From an uncultured Bacteroidales bacterium (GTDB lineage: Bacteria; Bacteroidota; Bacteroidia; Bacteroidales; VadinHA17), in the NCBI GenBank assembly GCA_963736735.1, contig CAVTPX010000007.1, forward strand, positions 260,958 to 324,957: DNA of 64,000 nucleotides. Reading direction: 5' to 3'. A program made the translations under genes and the position numbers. The notes beneath the pieces are model-generated. The model did no database searches. It was not told where the DNA came from and saw only the letters and a program-made list of their open reading frames with translations. Of the stretch, positions 63,712-64,000 are shown in pieces; the first letter of the stretch is position 1, and the number at the start of each line of letters is the position of its first letter.

Positions 63712-64000
63712 GACCGTTTCAGTTTGCCAGACTGCCTCTGATTTATTTCGGTTGCGGGAGGTTGAGCCTGTTGCCCGGATTGGTCAGTCAGTACGGTTCA
63801 TCTGTCATTCTTGTCACAGGCAGGAAGTCATTCATCGAATCCGCCAATGCAGCAAAGCTTCTGGAATCATTCAGTGACAGAGGCATTGTCTGTCACCTGG
63901 TAAGAGTCAGTGGGGAGCCCTCGCCGGACCTGATTGATGAAACTGTCAGCAGATTCAGGGATGCCTCACCGTCTGCAGTTGTGAGTATCGGGGGAGGCAG
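63705..64000 (+). CDS. iron-containing alcohol dehydrogenase family protein (5' part; continues past the window end)
   Basis: Open frame from the ATG at 63705, which overlaps the upstream stop. My translation is MVRPFQFARLPLIYFGCGRLSLLPGLVSQYGSSVILVTGRKSF...SAVVSIGGG, the Fe-ADH N-terminal pattern. It is absent from the ORF track because it has no stop in the window. Confidence 0.65.
   Translation, partial: MVRPFQFARLPLIYFGCGRLSLLPGLVSQYGSSVILVTGRKSFIESANAAKLLESFSDRGIVCHLVRVSGEPSPDLIDETVSRFRDASPSAVVSIGGG

Overview
This is a 64-kb chromosomal segment from a Bacteroidota genome. The evidence is two T9SS cargo proteins (type A and type B C-terminal sorting domains), a PorP/SprF gene, TAnnTTTG (-7) promoter motifs, arrays of MacB/FtsX-type permeases, and the overall gene content. 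I count about 50 genes. Housekeeping genes are dnaK, panB, ribBA, fmt, xseA/xseB, cdd, a CCA-adding enzyme, a thioredoxin, an RluA-family synthase, tRNA-Val and tRNA-Met. A SAM-I riboswitch precedes metY-metX-hom. Envelope genes are LptF/G, a GT2, a GT4, a LysM glucosaminidase and an outer-membrane beta-barrel protein. Cell-surface and regulatory genes are a repaired ~2,170-aa adhesin with its PorP/SprF partner and a two-component system. Carbohydrate and lipid genes are a GH30/GH51 pair preceded by a Tat-signal protein, and a small lipid-gene cluster. Finally there is a sigma-54-associated MacAB-TolC-like efflux locus with four ~800-aa permease paralogues. I saw no rRNA, CRISPR array, transposase, integrase, prophage or recognisable defence genes. 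Two window-wide signals are not explained by the gene list. (1) Twelve conserved genes carry 17 reading-frame breaks. Every break is consistent with one extra base, which points to insertion-biased assembly error rather than gene decay. (2) A family of short-period (5-9 nt) G-rich tandem arrays with small GC palindromes/hairpins sits at eight loci, mostly right after stop codons. One copy is translated in frame inside a glycosyltransferase gene. I regard this repeat family as the most interesting undescribed structure. I found no clear novel protein-coding system.
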